Notes: a model not told the origin generated them from the sequence alone. A DNA stretch of 64,000 bases from Harriotta raleighana (GCA_050575255.1 JBNZDD010013315.1:47592-111591); one strand, 5' to 3'; shown: positions 12,611 to 26,654, counted from the stretch's first letter. Made by a program: numbers and translations.

Positions 12611-13591
12611 GGAATTGAGATATCCATTGGATTTTGTCGTTTGTTCTGTTTAATCATTAATTTGGAAAGTGTTTCAGATCAATGAAACAAATTATCTGTC
12701 AAATAGGCAACTGAGTGGGATGTAAAATTCTACCTACCAGTAACTTGTCACAGTAACAAAGCGTGCAGCACACAAGGACAATTCATTTATTTTTAGATAA
12801 ATTAGTTCCTCAGCAAAACTCAGAGACGTCAAGGGTCTGATGTATATCAGCATAAAGAGCCTTATTTAATCCATTATAACCAAAACAATGAGAATTTGGG
12901 TTTATTTTCTCAAATAGGTTCAGTTACCCATTGAATGACACCACAGACTCGTAAATCCAATTAGATCATAAATTCATTGCCCTTTTGTATTTGACTATTT
13001 ACTTTTGCTATTTTAATTAGAAAGTGGTTACTATTTTCTCTTGTTCAATAGTATTACGTTCCCCCACAAATTACACATAGAAACGTCACTTTATATGGCA
13101 GGAGATGATGGACTGGTCCAAACCTGACAGTTGACTATAACTCACTTGAAAGTTTGCATCTCCTGATTTATTGACAATGGGCAGAACTTCTGTCTCGTGA
13201 TCTCTCCTCACGAATCCTTTACACCCACCAGTTCACTCACATCACAGATTCTCATTAATTTAGTAACAGAGCTCTCATCAAATTTCACATCCTGAAATAC
13301 TAATGGTGCAAACAGTTTTAGGTATAGATTCCATACTGTGCTTCAGTCAAGTGCTTGGCTTTGACTAGTTTCTTTCAAAGGAAGCTTTTGATCTATTTCT
13401 TTGATACTTTTTCTCCCAATTTATTTTCAAATGCACCCATTTTCATTAAAATGCTGTTACATTGGGTTGTTTGTGGTACATTTAATATAAGGAAGCGGAC
13501 AGATTGCTGAAGCTATCTGCGATAAGGAAGCTGCTCAGATAAAATGCTATTCACATTTTGAAAACAGGCATCATTAAAAACTTTTTTTAAG

Positions 13592-13690
13592 GAAACGCAA
13601 AATACTGCAGATACAGGAAATCTGAAACAAAAACAGAAGTCACTGGGAACACTCAGCAGGTCAGGCAGCATCTATGGAGAAAGGGAAAAT
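13592..13690 (-). mobile_element. Chondrichthyan Penelope-like repeat end
   Basis: actcagcaggtcaggcagcatctatggaga is the reverse complement of the element at about 33818-34053 once the CR1 insert is removed. Confidence 0.65.
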
Positions 13691-16600
13691 GAATCATCCT
13701 CCCAATTTTCTAATCTATATTCAATTTGCCAAAACAGTGTACAGACATCGACATGTCTATCATCGCCTCAGGAAACATCTGTAGCCAGACATGCTGAATT
13801 CAAACACAGTCTGGGAAAGGCTTTAGTGCTTATGGAGCGAGCATTTGTGCCAAGATGATTGAGTGTAATCTGAGGCTGGCATTATGTATTTTTCATCACT
13901 AATTTAGACAAGTCACTGGTTTCAAGGAATCTATCTGAACATTGCAGCCAATGACAGTGGTAGTAGACACACTTTACATTGTGAATGATAACGAAGGTGT
14001 AATCACCATTTTCTATAGCTGCTGAGTCAGACATTAATGGTAACTTGACACACAGTATACAAATAATAAAAGCAACTGAAGGAATGGAACAATATGGTCA
14101 AAAGTGAGGTAATGCTTCTAGCTTTTATCAAGCCTTTATCAAAGTGTAGAGATCGATCAATAGCTGGGTAGATGGTAATCTGCATCTGCCAAATGCTTTT
14201 ACGTATTGTTGACTGCTTGGTAGATTTACAGTAGTTTACAGAAATAAATCATTTGATATTTAGAAAGGGAAAACTAAATCAGCTTTGAGCAAGCTAAGGT
14301 GAAGGAGAAACAGTTAATTGGGATTTTGAAAACTGTTGTCACCCATCATGTATTCAGATCCTTGAAAGAGTAATCGCAGGGTTTATCACCACAGGTCAAG
14401 ATTTGGGACTTGGATCTCAGTGCAGTGGGTCAGAATGTTTTAGCTATGGACCTACCACATGGCATTCACAGATGAATGAAACTTTGGTCTGAAGCAAACA
14501 TGTTAATTTAGATCTTAAATAGTGGAATTGACAGTTTTAGGCAGCACATTCATCATCTTCGAGCTGGGGCTGTGTTGTCTGAAATTAACTCCGTTTGGAG
14601 CAGCCCAGATTTTCTGTATTCATTGTTTATCAGTGTGATGTCTGACATATTTAACAAAAAAGGAAACGATGTAAAATTCCAGCTTTACACTTCTTTCGGC
14701 ATTGTTAGCCCGAGCAGCCAATGTTCATTTTCTATCACAGCGCATTGTCATGGAATTGTTTTAATATTTAGCTATTCCCTTTCTCTTCAGATTGTACCCT
14801 TTTTCCTCGTGTGGAAACCAGCCAGATAGCCTATAGTTCCCCTATAGCTTGTAGATCCTTATGCTCTCACAAAGTCCGAACCTATCTGAAATATGGCTTG
14901 TCTATCAATATCTCAATGGCTCTGAGATGGATAGGGTATCTGTATCCGTACTATTTGCTTTATTTATCTAAAGGTATCTGAATGATTCTTCAATTAACCT
15001 TGTATGGTGCATTGTAGCTGTTTAGAAATTTCAGTATCAATAATTGTCATGACATCATCTCATCCTATATTCATGTTCATTCTTGCGGCTTGGAGAAGGT
15101 CAAATTCTCAACTGTTCAGTAAATGCCCCTAACCCTGTATTGTCTTGTCTTTCTATCTGTTCTTGTCTATTGGTATCTTTTTGATCTGCCTTATCATCTA
15201 TCTTCCATTCCTATCTTCACAAATCGACTTGAATTAGAATGTGGTGTAGTGAATGTATATTGGAATGGGGTAAATTGGCCCATAAATCAAGCACACAGCA
15301 CTAGAATTTAAATTGACTGTTTCAGCATCTAATTCTCTTTTTACAAATGTCTCTGATCTTTAATGTGTCTGCTGGATTTCAAGACTGATGGATTAACAAG
15401 GCTTGGTGTAATGAGCTGTGACTGATTACTGTGTACTTTTAGCTAGTTAAAGTTAGATTTATCCCATCCTGCATTTTAGTACTACCCTTTTCAGTACTCG
15501 TGTGGGGCTCATATTGTTGTCCCACAATATTTATTTCTAGTGTATAGTTTGTGGCAGCTTGATCAATGGGAGCTGGTGACTAGGCTGACTAGACCAATAT
15601 TGACTGAAGTTTGTTTAATACAGCAATCCTTAACCACACATCATGTTGTGAAATTCTGTTTAGTTTTAGAATCTGTTCATGTTAGGAAAACTGTAAATTA
15701 GTTATTTTCTTATTGAATAATCAATGTTGATGATTCTGTTTCAACTAATGAACTGCGTTATTGCTGGTCACACAATCTAGGAAGAACAGCAACCAAAAAT
15801 GTCTGTAAGTTATCTAGGAACAGATCTCGTTGTTGTCATCAGGAAACAAAGGGATTTTTCTCCTTTCTTAAATCATCTTTCATATTGCGCTTTATTTTCT
15901 CTTATTTTCCGTTGGGGTTTTTCCTTAACTTATTAAGCAAGTAATTTCAATGCTATGCATACTCTTCATTTGTAGAATGTGTGTATCCAGGTTTGGATTG
16001 AAGTACTGTTTCACTATTTTTCAGTTATTTGAAACACTTCATTCCCTTTGTATTGGATTATTTATGCTTTCCCCTGGGCCATGATCAACCATAACAATAC
16101 ATCGAAGATTAAAACGCTAACAAGAACACACTTATACTTCCTGTGATACACAGGCTGCAGTAATGTAGAACTATTTATATGACTTTCCTTTTAGAAATAT
16201 CCTATTTGTGAACTTGTTAAAATGTAACTTAGAAACAGTTCAAATTGAATTCTTAAACCAAATCAAAAACATGAATGTAGAAACTGCAATGATATATTTG
16301 TTAGATACTAAGCTCAGCTCCTCTCTATCCTTGTTCCAGGGTCTTTCTTCAACAAATTGCCTTTCCTTTGCATGGTTGATTGGCAGATCTTGAATTACGC
16401 TTCATGTTTTTCTGATCTTCTCATTTTCTGTAGAGTTTTGGTTCGTTGACATCTGTTTTACATATCGTTTGGTTTTTCACTTGTTTTCTTGTGTGAGAGT
16501 GAGGCAGATTATAGTAGACTGGATACAAGTAGTGAAAGGTGAACTCCCACCTCTTACTTAAGGATCCAGCACCCAAAGATGAACGCGATGGCAACAGAAG

Positions 16601-16694
16601 TTTGTGTGTAATTCAGAAATAACTATCTCGTCTACAAATCCAAACCTTTGTAATATCCTCATGTATGACACTAGTCATGTCAGAAAATGACGAT

Positions 16695-16875
16695 GTACAA
16701 TTCACTGGCAGAAGCTGTGATTGTAGTAGAAACCATCAACGAATTTACAAGGAAACTTGATGCATACATGAGACGGAGTGAAGAGCGCGGTCTGGGATGG
16801 TGCTGGGAGACAGGATTAGTATGAGTGGAGACTTATGTGAAGTCTTATGGACTAGCTGAGTTAATTCGCCTACTC
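16695..16875 (+). mobile_element. Decayed CR1 3' end
   Basis: Translates YNSLAEAVIVVETINEFTRKLDAYM, like the CR1 ORF2 C-terminus WNSLP..VV.A..I..FK..LD. Confidence 0.7.
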
Positions 16876-17869
16876 AGAAATTATGCTCAGACGCAAGAAT
16901 ATTTGGAAAAGAAATGTCCATTCAGTCTATCTCATCCTCTCCTTTAACATAACTTCTCTGATTTACTGAATCTCCTGAAAGAGGCAATGAAACTGCAGGG
17001 AAAACAGAAAAGAAGAAAAACTCATGACATTTATCTCCAATTCTAGAATTAAACCGGAAATCATACCTTTGTGTATATGACACAGTGTGTGATATAAGCA
17101 ATAAAATGCTAAATGGTATAGAAATCTATGTTAGCTGTTTTATTAAGAGGAAGAATACATAGTCGTCAGATTTAACTCTTGATAGTCCACAAATGTGGTC
17201 TAGAGAGTTACTGCACTGTATCTTACTTAATGCCTCTAGCTTTGATGATATCTTTAGTTATTCCCATTACTTTCGATCATTACATTGTGCTCATTGAAAT
17301 GATTTAATGTGAAAATCCAGGCATCAAGTCTTTAATCCTTAACCCATCACCTCAACACAAGCTCATTATTCCATTAAATCTAACCATGAAATATTAATGC
17401 AAAGCATCTGCTGTTTGCAGTGCTGACATTGACAAAAATCCAGAGGTGTTTATACAGGAACAAAGTGGCTTCCAGCCATCAAGACTGATATAAATTCAAT
17501 TGCATTCACTTTCCCAATGTTTTGCTCGCAGTAGTGCTAGCTCAGAGATTTTTAAACACCTAAGGATTCATTTTTTTAAATAATCAATCAGTGCAGACAC
17601 ATTTGCTAATCCGTTTCTAAGTTGTTGAGGATGCTCCATCTCACATTGCAATAAAGTTTTAAAAATAGAAAGTGCTTACTAGTGTGCTCTGGTGATTGGA
17701 AGATTGATTTCCCACAGATTTGACTGAAACTTCAACTCACTGATCCAAAAGTTTTGTTTTTAAAAAAAAGTGTATTTTAGAAATGTTGTTAGCAGCGTTC
17801 TCTGTTCCGAGTTGCTGTACTGGACTTGATCAGATCCAATGGTTGCTAAGATGCAAAACAATACCAGAT

Positions 17870-18255
17870 GGCAAGTTTCCCAAATACCTGTAAAGTTGTT
17901 GAGTTCACAAAACAGAAACAGGAGGTTCTCAACAGTAATAACTCGATTCACTGGGTGGGATGGGGAGCCAGAGGAGCTCGGCGAAGATGGGGGGTAATTG
18001 GGCTTGCAGAGCCTAATGGGAGAAAAGACATGAGCTGCAGAGTTCTGGAGTTTCTGAACATCGTGAACGGAAGAGGCAGCTACTATGATGAGCAGATAGT
18101 TAATGTAGTCTAGACACGATGAACACATTGATTATGGTAGACTGGGATGGGGTGTGGTGGGGTGGAGGTGGGAGAAAGCTGAGGGGTTCCTGACTGACTT
18201 TAAGAGATGGAGAGTACAACCCTGGCTGATGACTAGAGGGTCATGGTCAGTACAT
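17870..18255 (-). mobile_element. L2 ORF2 fragment
   Basis: SSCLDYINYLL...KLQNSAAHV resembles L2 SRLDYCNSLL...LQ..QNAAARV. Confidence 0.75.
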
Positions 18256-18659
18256 AAGCCAAATGGAAAGATTAAGGGGGAAGTGTTTTCACTTCCAGGC
18301 TAGTTAGGATAGGGAATGCCCTACTGGAAGAGGTCCTTGAGGCAGAATCCACATTGCCCCTCAAGGGGGAACTGCGAAGCTTTCAGTTACACAGGGGGTG
18401 GGGAGAGGGACACTGCACATACCCAATGGGCCAAAAAAGCCTCTTCCGAGTCATTAATATCTACTGTTCTACACAATGTTTATCATCCGTTACAAGCCTT
18501 GAATCAGATCGAGTTTGTAGCAACAGACTACTGGTTTGTTTCAGCTGAAAAACCTGCTTCTGCCAACGTCTTTGGCTTCAGTGTCAAGGCTTTTACAGCA
18601 ACTGTTACGTTAGGAAGTTACCACGCTCACATTTTCAGGAAATGTTGGAAATGTGAGCG

Positions 18660-18940
18660 CAGGAATAACTAGCTTGTGGGGGCCAAGCCGCCAGAGCCAC
18701 ATCAACCTCTTGATGCTTTGATGTCCGCTCTCCCCATCATTGTGAAGCAGAACACCAACAACAATTTGCACACACATATATGTGTGTATATACATCTGTA
18801 AAGGCCTCCACGTGGGGTAGCGCTTCAGAACGCTGGATTGTTCTCCCACTAATAGGGAAAGCGAGCTGGGTTTTGATAATTGTGGAGACAGGTTGTTTTT
18901 ACCCTATTGGTGATGTATTATTGCCATAGCAACCCTTGCT
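18660..18940 (+). pseudogene. Decayed 28S rRNA fragment (domain V) interrupted by a ~70-bp insertion
   Basis: caggaataactagcttgtgggggccaagc...tcattgtgaagcagaa (18660-18758) and cgctggattgttctcccactaatagggaaagcgagctgggttt...gagacaggttgtttttaccctattggtgatg (18829-18940) are colinear with conserved eukaryotic LSU rRNA. Confidence 0.88.
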
Positions 18941-20734
18941 TCCTCCCACCTCCTGTTGTAACAGAAGCAGCGAGAGGGTTGGTACCAACTGTCCGTCTGG
19001 ATGGTTCCTGGTGATTCACAAGCAGGAAAGTGACAGCAGTGACTTGGGAACACCTGGGAAGATTGCACACTGGAGCTTTCTATTCTTGTTTTACCCTGAA
19101 ATAAGTGTTGCTAAAGCACCAAGCAGCCTCGGGTACTTGAGAATGAGTTTCTATTTAAATGCTATTCTTCAATTGTCTGCAAGATGGATCCAGCATACAT
19201 ATAGACTTCATTTGTGTAGTAAAACTAGTCCATTAGAGCAACATTCTCTTTGTCACAGCCCTTATTGCAGGTAATGAGATGTTAACCTTATCTGATTACA
19301 GGGATAGTTAATAGATTTATAATAAAAAGGTGCAACAAGTATCAAGAATATACTCGTTAGCTGTAGATCCTCGTATGCAGTCAAAATCAATGCACTTGAA
19401 TAAAAACTACCGTTCTGTCATTAATGTTATTCACTGACTGACCAGGCTAGCAGCTGAATGAGTCAGTGAGGAAATGTTAGCTTTTAATGAACTATACTCT
19501 TCAAGAGTTCAGATGTGAGTGGAGTAAATTATACAAAATAGCAGGTGGGAGTAGGTTACAAACTTGTCTATGTGTGCAGCATTACTGATTGTTCAAATTA
19601 AGATAAATTCCTCAATTGCCAGAAAAGCCTAGGCCATGAATTTCCTTCTCACTCCCATTAATAAGAATAATAGAAATATATATATTGACATCTTATCGTA
19701 GACTAGCTTTACTCATTGCAGCTTCGCTTGCATCCAAAACCAAGGAATGGAGAGTGACACACAGATAGACACACAGGCAGATACGCAGACTGACATACAC
19801 ACAAGCATTTCATCTACATCTATACTCATTGGGAGAACTCCTGTGGGAGGACTCCTTTTGGGCGGACTCGGTGCTTCAACAACATAATTTTGTTGTGGTT
19901 GGGGCAGATTAGCTTTGTCTGTGTTCTTTATTTTGTTTCCGCCACTTGGCTACGGCATTGCTCTGAGTCAACCACAACACCAACAACTTTGATTTATATA
20001 GCTCCCTCCACACCAGACAGCGCCTCAGAGCGCTTCACAGTAACGGATCCCGGGAACACCCTCCCTCCCACAGCCACATTCGGGATTTCCTCGGGAGGTG
20101 ATTTCTTCAATGCCCTGTTCCCATCAGCATTGCCATCAGAGCGTCACAATGCCAGTCGAGAAGGGAGAGCGATGGCAGGAGAGGCCTTGTTAGTGTATGT
20201 GCCATAGGAGGAGTGGAAAGGCTACGTACTGTACTTCGTGTTCATCACGTTGCCCACGTTTATTAGATAAAGCATTTCAACAAGGTTTGATCAGTTCGTC
20301 ATAGTATTTGTTAAACCCAGAGCTCGACATATGTATCATGGAGACTGTGAGTCTTTCAATGTGAATAAATTAAACGTGAAGAGAATTTTAGATGAAGTAT
20401 AACAAAGCAGTGCTTCAGATTTCATATTCCTACATTACATTTCCTGCTTTGGAAGGAAAGTCATAGGAGACAAAATCTTTTATTAAAATCGATACATTCT
20501 TCTCTGCATTTTGATAAGTTAATGAACAGGAAGTGTGACTGTGAGGTGTATGAAAATACATGGCTAATGTATTTTTGTCAAATTAATCTATTAATTTTAT
20601 CTTTCTGAATTCAGAAAGTACACTTCCTCCTTAATCTTATTCATTGATTTCCTTCTAACACTCGAGTGTTGAGTGGTGACTGTTCAGTCTGCTCCCCGGC
20701 TCACCTGCTCATCATATCACAACTGCAAATTACA

Positions 20735-21135
20735 ATACTGTAATCCTTTCAATTGATTTAGTGTCTTATCAAATCAGTGAACTCTGAGACGTCTCAAAGT
20801 TCTTCATAGAATTCACCGTAAAGTGTAGTGACTGTGAATCGTGAAGGGAAAATGCAACAGCCAATTAGTGCGCAGTCACGTCCCCACCCGACACAGAGGA
20901 GAGGGGCCGAATGGCCTCCTCTTGTGGCATAAAATTCTCTGATTCTATGATAAAGTTCTATGATAAACACATATGAAGTCCCATGGTTTATTTGGGGGGA
21001 TTTTCAGCCGTGACACTGGTAGAAAACTCCCTTCTTTTTTCGAATAAATGTCACTAGATCTTTAACCTCCTCCTGAACAAGCAAACTCATCTTTGTGTAG
21101 CTCATCTGAATGTCAGCACTTCTAGCTCTCCCCCA
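20735..21135 (-). mobile_element. Old Deu-SINE interrupted by a + strand CR1 tail (about 20900-20965)
   Basis: cagccaattagtgcgcag core; insert ggggccgaatggcctcc...gattctatgat; SINE resumes at gtttatttgggggg. Confidence 0.7.
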
Positions 21136-22599
21136 GCGACAACAACAACAACAACAACAACAACTTTGATTTATATAGCCCCCTCCATGCCGGACAGTGA
21201 ATCAGAGCGCTTGCAGACTTCACTGGAGTCACAGATTTTGAATTCCAATTTCTCTCAGGGGCCTTTTTTTTCGTTCCTGTTTACCTTCTAACCTTCTAAG
21301 GCGAAAGCGATACCAAATGATGTTAATTTGAGAAATGATTCTGTACAAAATACCTCAGCTTGAAAGTATGATTGTGCAATATTAAAGTCGCAAAATTATT
21401 TTTGTTTATTTGTGAAGTGACAGAAGATTCCAGTCTGAGTTTCTCTCCGCTAGTCTTTCCGTAATTATGGCGGTAAGTTGGAATACATTTGCACAGTGGA
21501 AAAGCTGTACATGTCTGCAGGCTCCGTATTTAATTGAAAAATCAATCATTTCCTTGTGTGGAACGATGTTTAAGTGATGTAATATTGGGCATTACAATAC
21601 TAAAGGAAATATTAACATGTCGCTGATGTTATGGACAGTTTACAACTGATGTGTTAACTGCTTTAGGTACTGTTCCTTAATAAAATTTTGCTGGGTCGAT
21701 GTGTCTGTTTTAAGTTAGAGCCTTACTTACTGTTTGTTGCTGCAGTAACTGAACTCTAATATCTTCACACGATTAGCTTTGCAGCTCCTCCCAGCAGTAT
21801 TTTGTGAGACTGTGTCTCTCTGATGTTACACCAGGGGTCAGAGCAAGCTCTCAAAGCAAGCACTAAAAGCAAGTCTTTATTTCCAGATGCCCAAGTTGCA
21901 GTCAAAGTTATAACTGCTCCCAATCCAATGGAATTATTGATGGGTTTGGGTAAAATTGAGGAAAGAGTATCAAATCTTCAAACTTCCAATTGGAGTAATG
22001 TACAGTACTGGCAAACTTTCATTTCCCAATTGCTGTCCTGATAGAAATGAAGGAAAGTGATTTTAATTGGCTTCATGTTTCTAATCCCCATTGCAGTGTA
22101 TCCTACCCTCACTCATTACTAGACACAGCTTCTGTTATCATGGACATTACAAGTGCTTGCTGTAAGGGAAGGAAGTTTGCTGGTTTTCAATCCCTTGAGA
22201 AATGCCATGACCGATTCTGCTGGAGAAGTGTTTCACTTCTCGACCACAATCAGCTCCGTTTGTGGATTTGCAAGTTTTCATAGAATCCCCAAATGCTATC
22301 GGAGAGCAATAAGACATCTAGTCTATCAAAGGCTTTCCTGATGTTTTATTCATCAGACTTCTAATTTAATCTCACTGACCTGCTCGCTCTGCTATATTCT
22401 GCAATCTTCTGCTTCTGATTCCCTTTTAAAATAATTTATGGATTCTGTTCCAACAAATGTTTATGGGATATTTTCACTTTCCCACCATTTTCACTGTAGG
22501 CCACATTGTAATCTATTATTGAAATACTAATGTTTAGCCCAGACTAGAAGCTCAGAGAATCATTGGATCATCGAGAAATGGGAAGAAATGCAAGTTTGA

Positions 22600-23320
22600 G
22601 ATTATCATCTGTGGTTCTCACCTCCTTCACCTTCCCTACCTCTCCCTCACACTCACTGTTCTCAAACTCGCTGTCCTCACACACAGTCAATCTTTAGACA
22701 ATCTTGGCATCAGTTTGACTGCTGAAACTCTCATTGATACTTTCCTCACCTCCCTCTCGATTGTTTCCAATGGACTCCCCGTTGGTCTCCCCAATTATAT
22801 AAACAAGGCCCAAATGATTTAAAACTCTAATCACCGGTGTCCTCACCTGTACCAGGCTCCACATCCCCATCTTCCCAGATCTTGCCAAGTTACACTGGCT
22901 CCCTATCACACACTCGAGATCCTCACTTTCACTTACAGATCAATGCATGCACTGGCATCTCCACATACTCCTCCGATCTGCTCAGAGACCACTCCAACTT
23001 CTATCTCCTTTGCTCATCTGCACATTCCTCCTCCACTCCGCTCCCCAATACCAGCCATGTTTTGAGCCACTCTGCCCCGAATCTCTGGAATGCCTTGTCT
23101 CATCTTGCCCCCTCTTATACTGTCTTCAAATCACACCTGAAGACTTACCTCTGCCAACGTGCCTTCGGTCACCTCCCTCGCTTTGACTCTGCAAATGCAA
23201 GCTGGTGTTAATTCCTAGGGTCTGGTTTGCACGATAATGGTTAGTGGTTTCAGCGCCTTTTGGACGCCCTATTGATGTGAAGGTCATTATATCAATGTAA
23301 TTTTATTGTTCTTGTTGTTA
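22600..23320 (+). mobile_element. Decayed L2 3' region
   Basis: SHSAPNLWNAL...FKSHLKTYLCQRAF in ORF 22837..23211; tail ends in ttgttcttgttgtt. Confidence 0.82.
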
Positions 23321-23619
23321 GGGATGGAATATAGGAGCTTTCTGCCTGTACAAGCAACATGATGCTTACAAACAAAAGAGAGTTTACCGGCCACTTTCTC
23401 ACAAAGATTTTGCCCTCTAATTATCCTATGTTGTTAATTATAGTGTTTGGTTTCTGCAATGTAACACTCATGTGGTATATTTATGTGAACAAATGAATGA
23501 AACAAGTGCAATTCAATGTAAATATCAGCATGGTTCTAAATCAACGATCAGTGAAGTAATGCGACCAGAGAGGAGGTGTGACAGTTTGGGGAAAGCAAAT
23601 AGTAGGGCAGGGAGGAGTG

Positions 23620-23815
23620 GTGGAGGGGGGTGGGAGTGACTGAGTGGGGGTGATAGGGAAGGGCAGGGCATGGGTGATAGGGAAGGGCAGGGCATGGGTG
23701 ACATACGAGGTGTGACGGGGAGTGACAGAGGTGTGGGGGGGGAGATAGACGGGCGTATTAGGGAAGGGCAGAGTGGTGGTGAAGGGGTGAGGTGTTAGGG
23801 AAGGGCAGAGTGACA
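23620..23815. repeat. G-rich low-complexity repeat (gggtgatagggaagggcagggcat)
   Basis: Two near-exact and two degenerate copies. Confidence 0.75.
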
Positions 23816-24177
23816 AACCAGTGCGATTTGGTGAAGCATCGTGGGGTGGGCTGCAGCTCCCCCAATGTGTCTACCAACAAACTGGAAGATGAACATGTTC
23901 ACTGTGACTGAAATAACCATTGATACAAATCACTTTAAAGCACAAAATCCGCAGTCACACGGAGCTGACAGCTTGATGTTAACTGGAGGAACATGTTGTC
24001 CCAGCAATCTTCATATAGCGATGGTGATACTGTATAAAGCGTAGAGCAATGGCCATATATGGCAGAAGATCCTTGTGTATCTATAGGTAAACTGCTGTCA
24101 ATGAACAGGGAGTTCTGGGCCAGAACTGAGGAAGTCACACTCTAACTAGGCTATTTACAATTCAGACCCAGCAGTGT

Positions 24178-24330
24178 GGAGTGCTGTAGATCAGTGGTTA
24201 GAGCGAGCACTCCCCTCGCGATCAAGAGACGTGGGTTTGTTTCCCAGTAGGGAAAAAAACGTGCACAAGTTTCCTGCTGATAATCCCTCAATAAAAATAA
24301 ATAAATCGATCACTTCAGTCTAAGGCTGTT
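24178..24330 (+). mobile_element. Decayed SINE head
   Basis: ggagtgctgtagatcagtggttagagc matches the family head. Confidence 0.75.
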
Positions 24331-24569
24331 ATCCTCCTTTGATAAAAGAAAAGTTATATTGGTTAATGTTTCAATTTTAAAAATCAGAACATTTCAATTT
24401 GGTGCCTAGAATTTGATTTTGCTAAACCCAATTTGGCTTGACATTTATGTTTCTTGTTGTAAAGTGACCTTTATACAAACCAATAATGAGTTTACTCTTG
24501 CACTTATCTCTAACTTTCTGTCATTATTGTTCTCCCTCCTGTTTTAACGCTCGAGAAGTCGTTTAACAA

Positions 24570-25480
24570 GGTATATATGCCTTTCACGTCCTGAGGATAT
24601 CAGGGATGAGAACCCGAGAAGGTTGGGAGGGAGTTGGGATCAGAGAATGTGGAGGGCAGAGAGGGTAGGACGACAGCTGAAGGCAGAGTCAAAGACAAGG
24701 GACTTGAGGCATGCCTTGGAGGAGGCAAGGGAGAGAGAAAGCCTAAGGGAACGGAGGATGGAGTTCAAGAGGGTGGGAGCAGAGAGGCTGAATGCCCAAC
24801 CAACAACCGTACATTATCCCCAACACAGTCAAATCCCCCTGAATGTGTTTGTCACCTCCCATCAGGATTAATCAAATGCACTCCTCGCCAGCTCCACTAT
24901 CCAAAAGATCAGCTCAACAACAACAACAACAAAATTACACTTGTATGGTGCCTTTCACGTCGGGAGGACGTCCCAAAGCGCTGAACAGTCAGGTCGGGAC
25001 TCAAGCTCATTCAGAATTCTGCCACTCACATACTGACCTGGACCAGACTCTGTCCCTACATCTCACCAGTCTAGCCCCACTGGCTCCCCATCACTGAGCG
25101 GATAAACTTCAAGATTCTCCCATTCGTGTTCAGATCCCATCTCTGGCACCTGTCTCTCCAAACTCTTCACTCCCCAATCCATCACCTGGTGCCTCCGCTC
25201 GTCCCTCGCCCCGTCGGAGATCGGGCTTTCAGCCAATGTGCCCCAATACTTTTGCAAACTCTTCCTCAATCCCATTGCCTTGCCTCTTCTCTCCCACTTT
25301 TCAAGTCCTACTTTAAAGCCATCATTCCCAACGAGTCACCGCGCCCCCCACTCCCTCCCCGCCCCCCCCCCACCCACCCACCCCCACCCCCACTAAGTCA
25401 GGCTCCACCACTAAGCACTCTGAGTCTCTGCCGTAAGTGGAAGGCGTTAAACCAACTGCTCGGATTATTATTATTATAAT
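24570..25480. mobile_element. Cluster of L2 fragments: minus 24570-24810, minus tail 24915-25005, plus 25040-25480
   Basis: VGDRAFSQCAPILLQTLP...FKSYFK in ORF 25126..25479; shared tail motif. Confidence 0.8.
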
Positions 25481-26654
25481 AATCAATGCAAGTCTTTGTT
25501 CTTGGATTGTTCGATCTAACGTCACTTTTGTTTTGTGTGCACAAGTGTCCGATGATAGTGAGGAATAGGTGAGGGATGGGTGTGGCGGAGAACTGCTATG
25601 AGGGGGAGTCACCACAATTAATTGCTGGTGCAAGAAGCAGGATTTAAACCCAGCGGATTGTTGCGATATTAAAATGAATCCATATTAATTTAGTTACCAT
25701 GGAACCTTTGCTAGAGTAATGTAATTACTATTCTACTGAACTCTGGCTTATAATGATTTTGCATTTTTTTAAATGTGTCTATTGAGCCTCCTGTTTAGTG
25801 CCTTTTGTTGCTGCAGATTTTAAACTGAACAAAAGGTTTTGAGGAGACTTGAGGATATGATAAAGATCTACCTCAAATACAATGATTATTACTGTTATGA
25901 GGCAAATTAAAATGCACTAAGACCGACAAACTGAGCTTTTGGAGAAGGCCATAGTGCTGGATCTCTCAATCTCTCATCTGACAAGGCCTCTGTTAGAGAC
26001 TGTGGGGTAGAGGGGGGGGAGATAGTTCACGTGTGTGGCCTATGGTTTAGAGAGGGGAGATGGTTTGGGAGCAGCTGGAGCTTTCACTATCTAAGTGTCA
26101 ACTCAGCGTGAGCAGCAGTTTCAGTTACTAAAACACATTTAAGATTGTATTTTTTATAAGAATAGGATTAGACACTCAGCTCCCAGTTATCCTGCCCGCC
26201 ATTTAGTTTATAGTTATTCTATTTAATCCATCTCCCTGCTTTGATTTTGTATACTTGTATTTACTCCACATCATTATCTCTTGAATGTCTTAATCACCTC
26301 TATTGTCTTCTCATGTGTTCATGTCATTGGAAATGTTTCCTGAAGTATACTTGGTCCAGTTTTGCTCCGAGTGTAAGATCATGTGATCATGCACTGTTTC
26401 CCAAACTGGCTTCCTCAGCTGAAATGGTTGGATCAATATCTGATCTGATGTTAGCAGAAAAATAGCTTTGGCAGCTGATATGGCCAATGAGTGTTTTACC
26501 GACAGAAACTTTCAGTAAAGGATTGCTCATCAGAGGGAGAGATAGTTCCAAGTGATTAGGGGTAGAATCTGAAAGCTCAGCCACCTTCGATGGTTCGGAG
26601 AGGATGAGGGACACGCAGTAAGCCTCAGGTACCTCAGAAGGGAGCTGAGGAACT

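Noticed and set aside
19240-19280. Possible recursive splice site ttgcag|gtaatg in the 26-kb intron
   Set aside because: Interrupted pyrimidine tract and only a moderate donor; expected by chance
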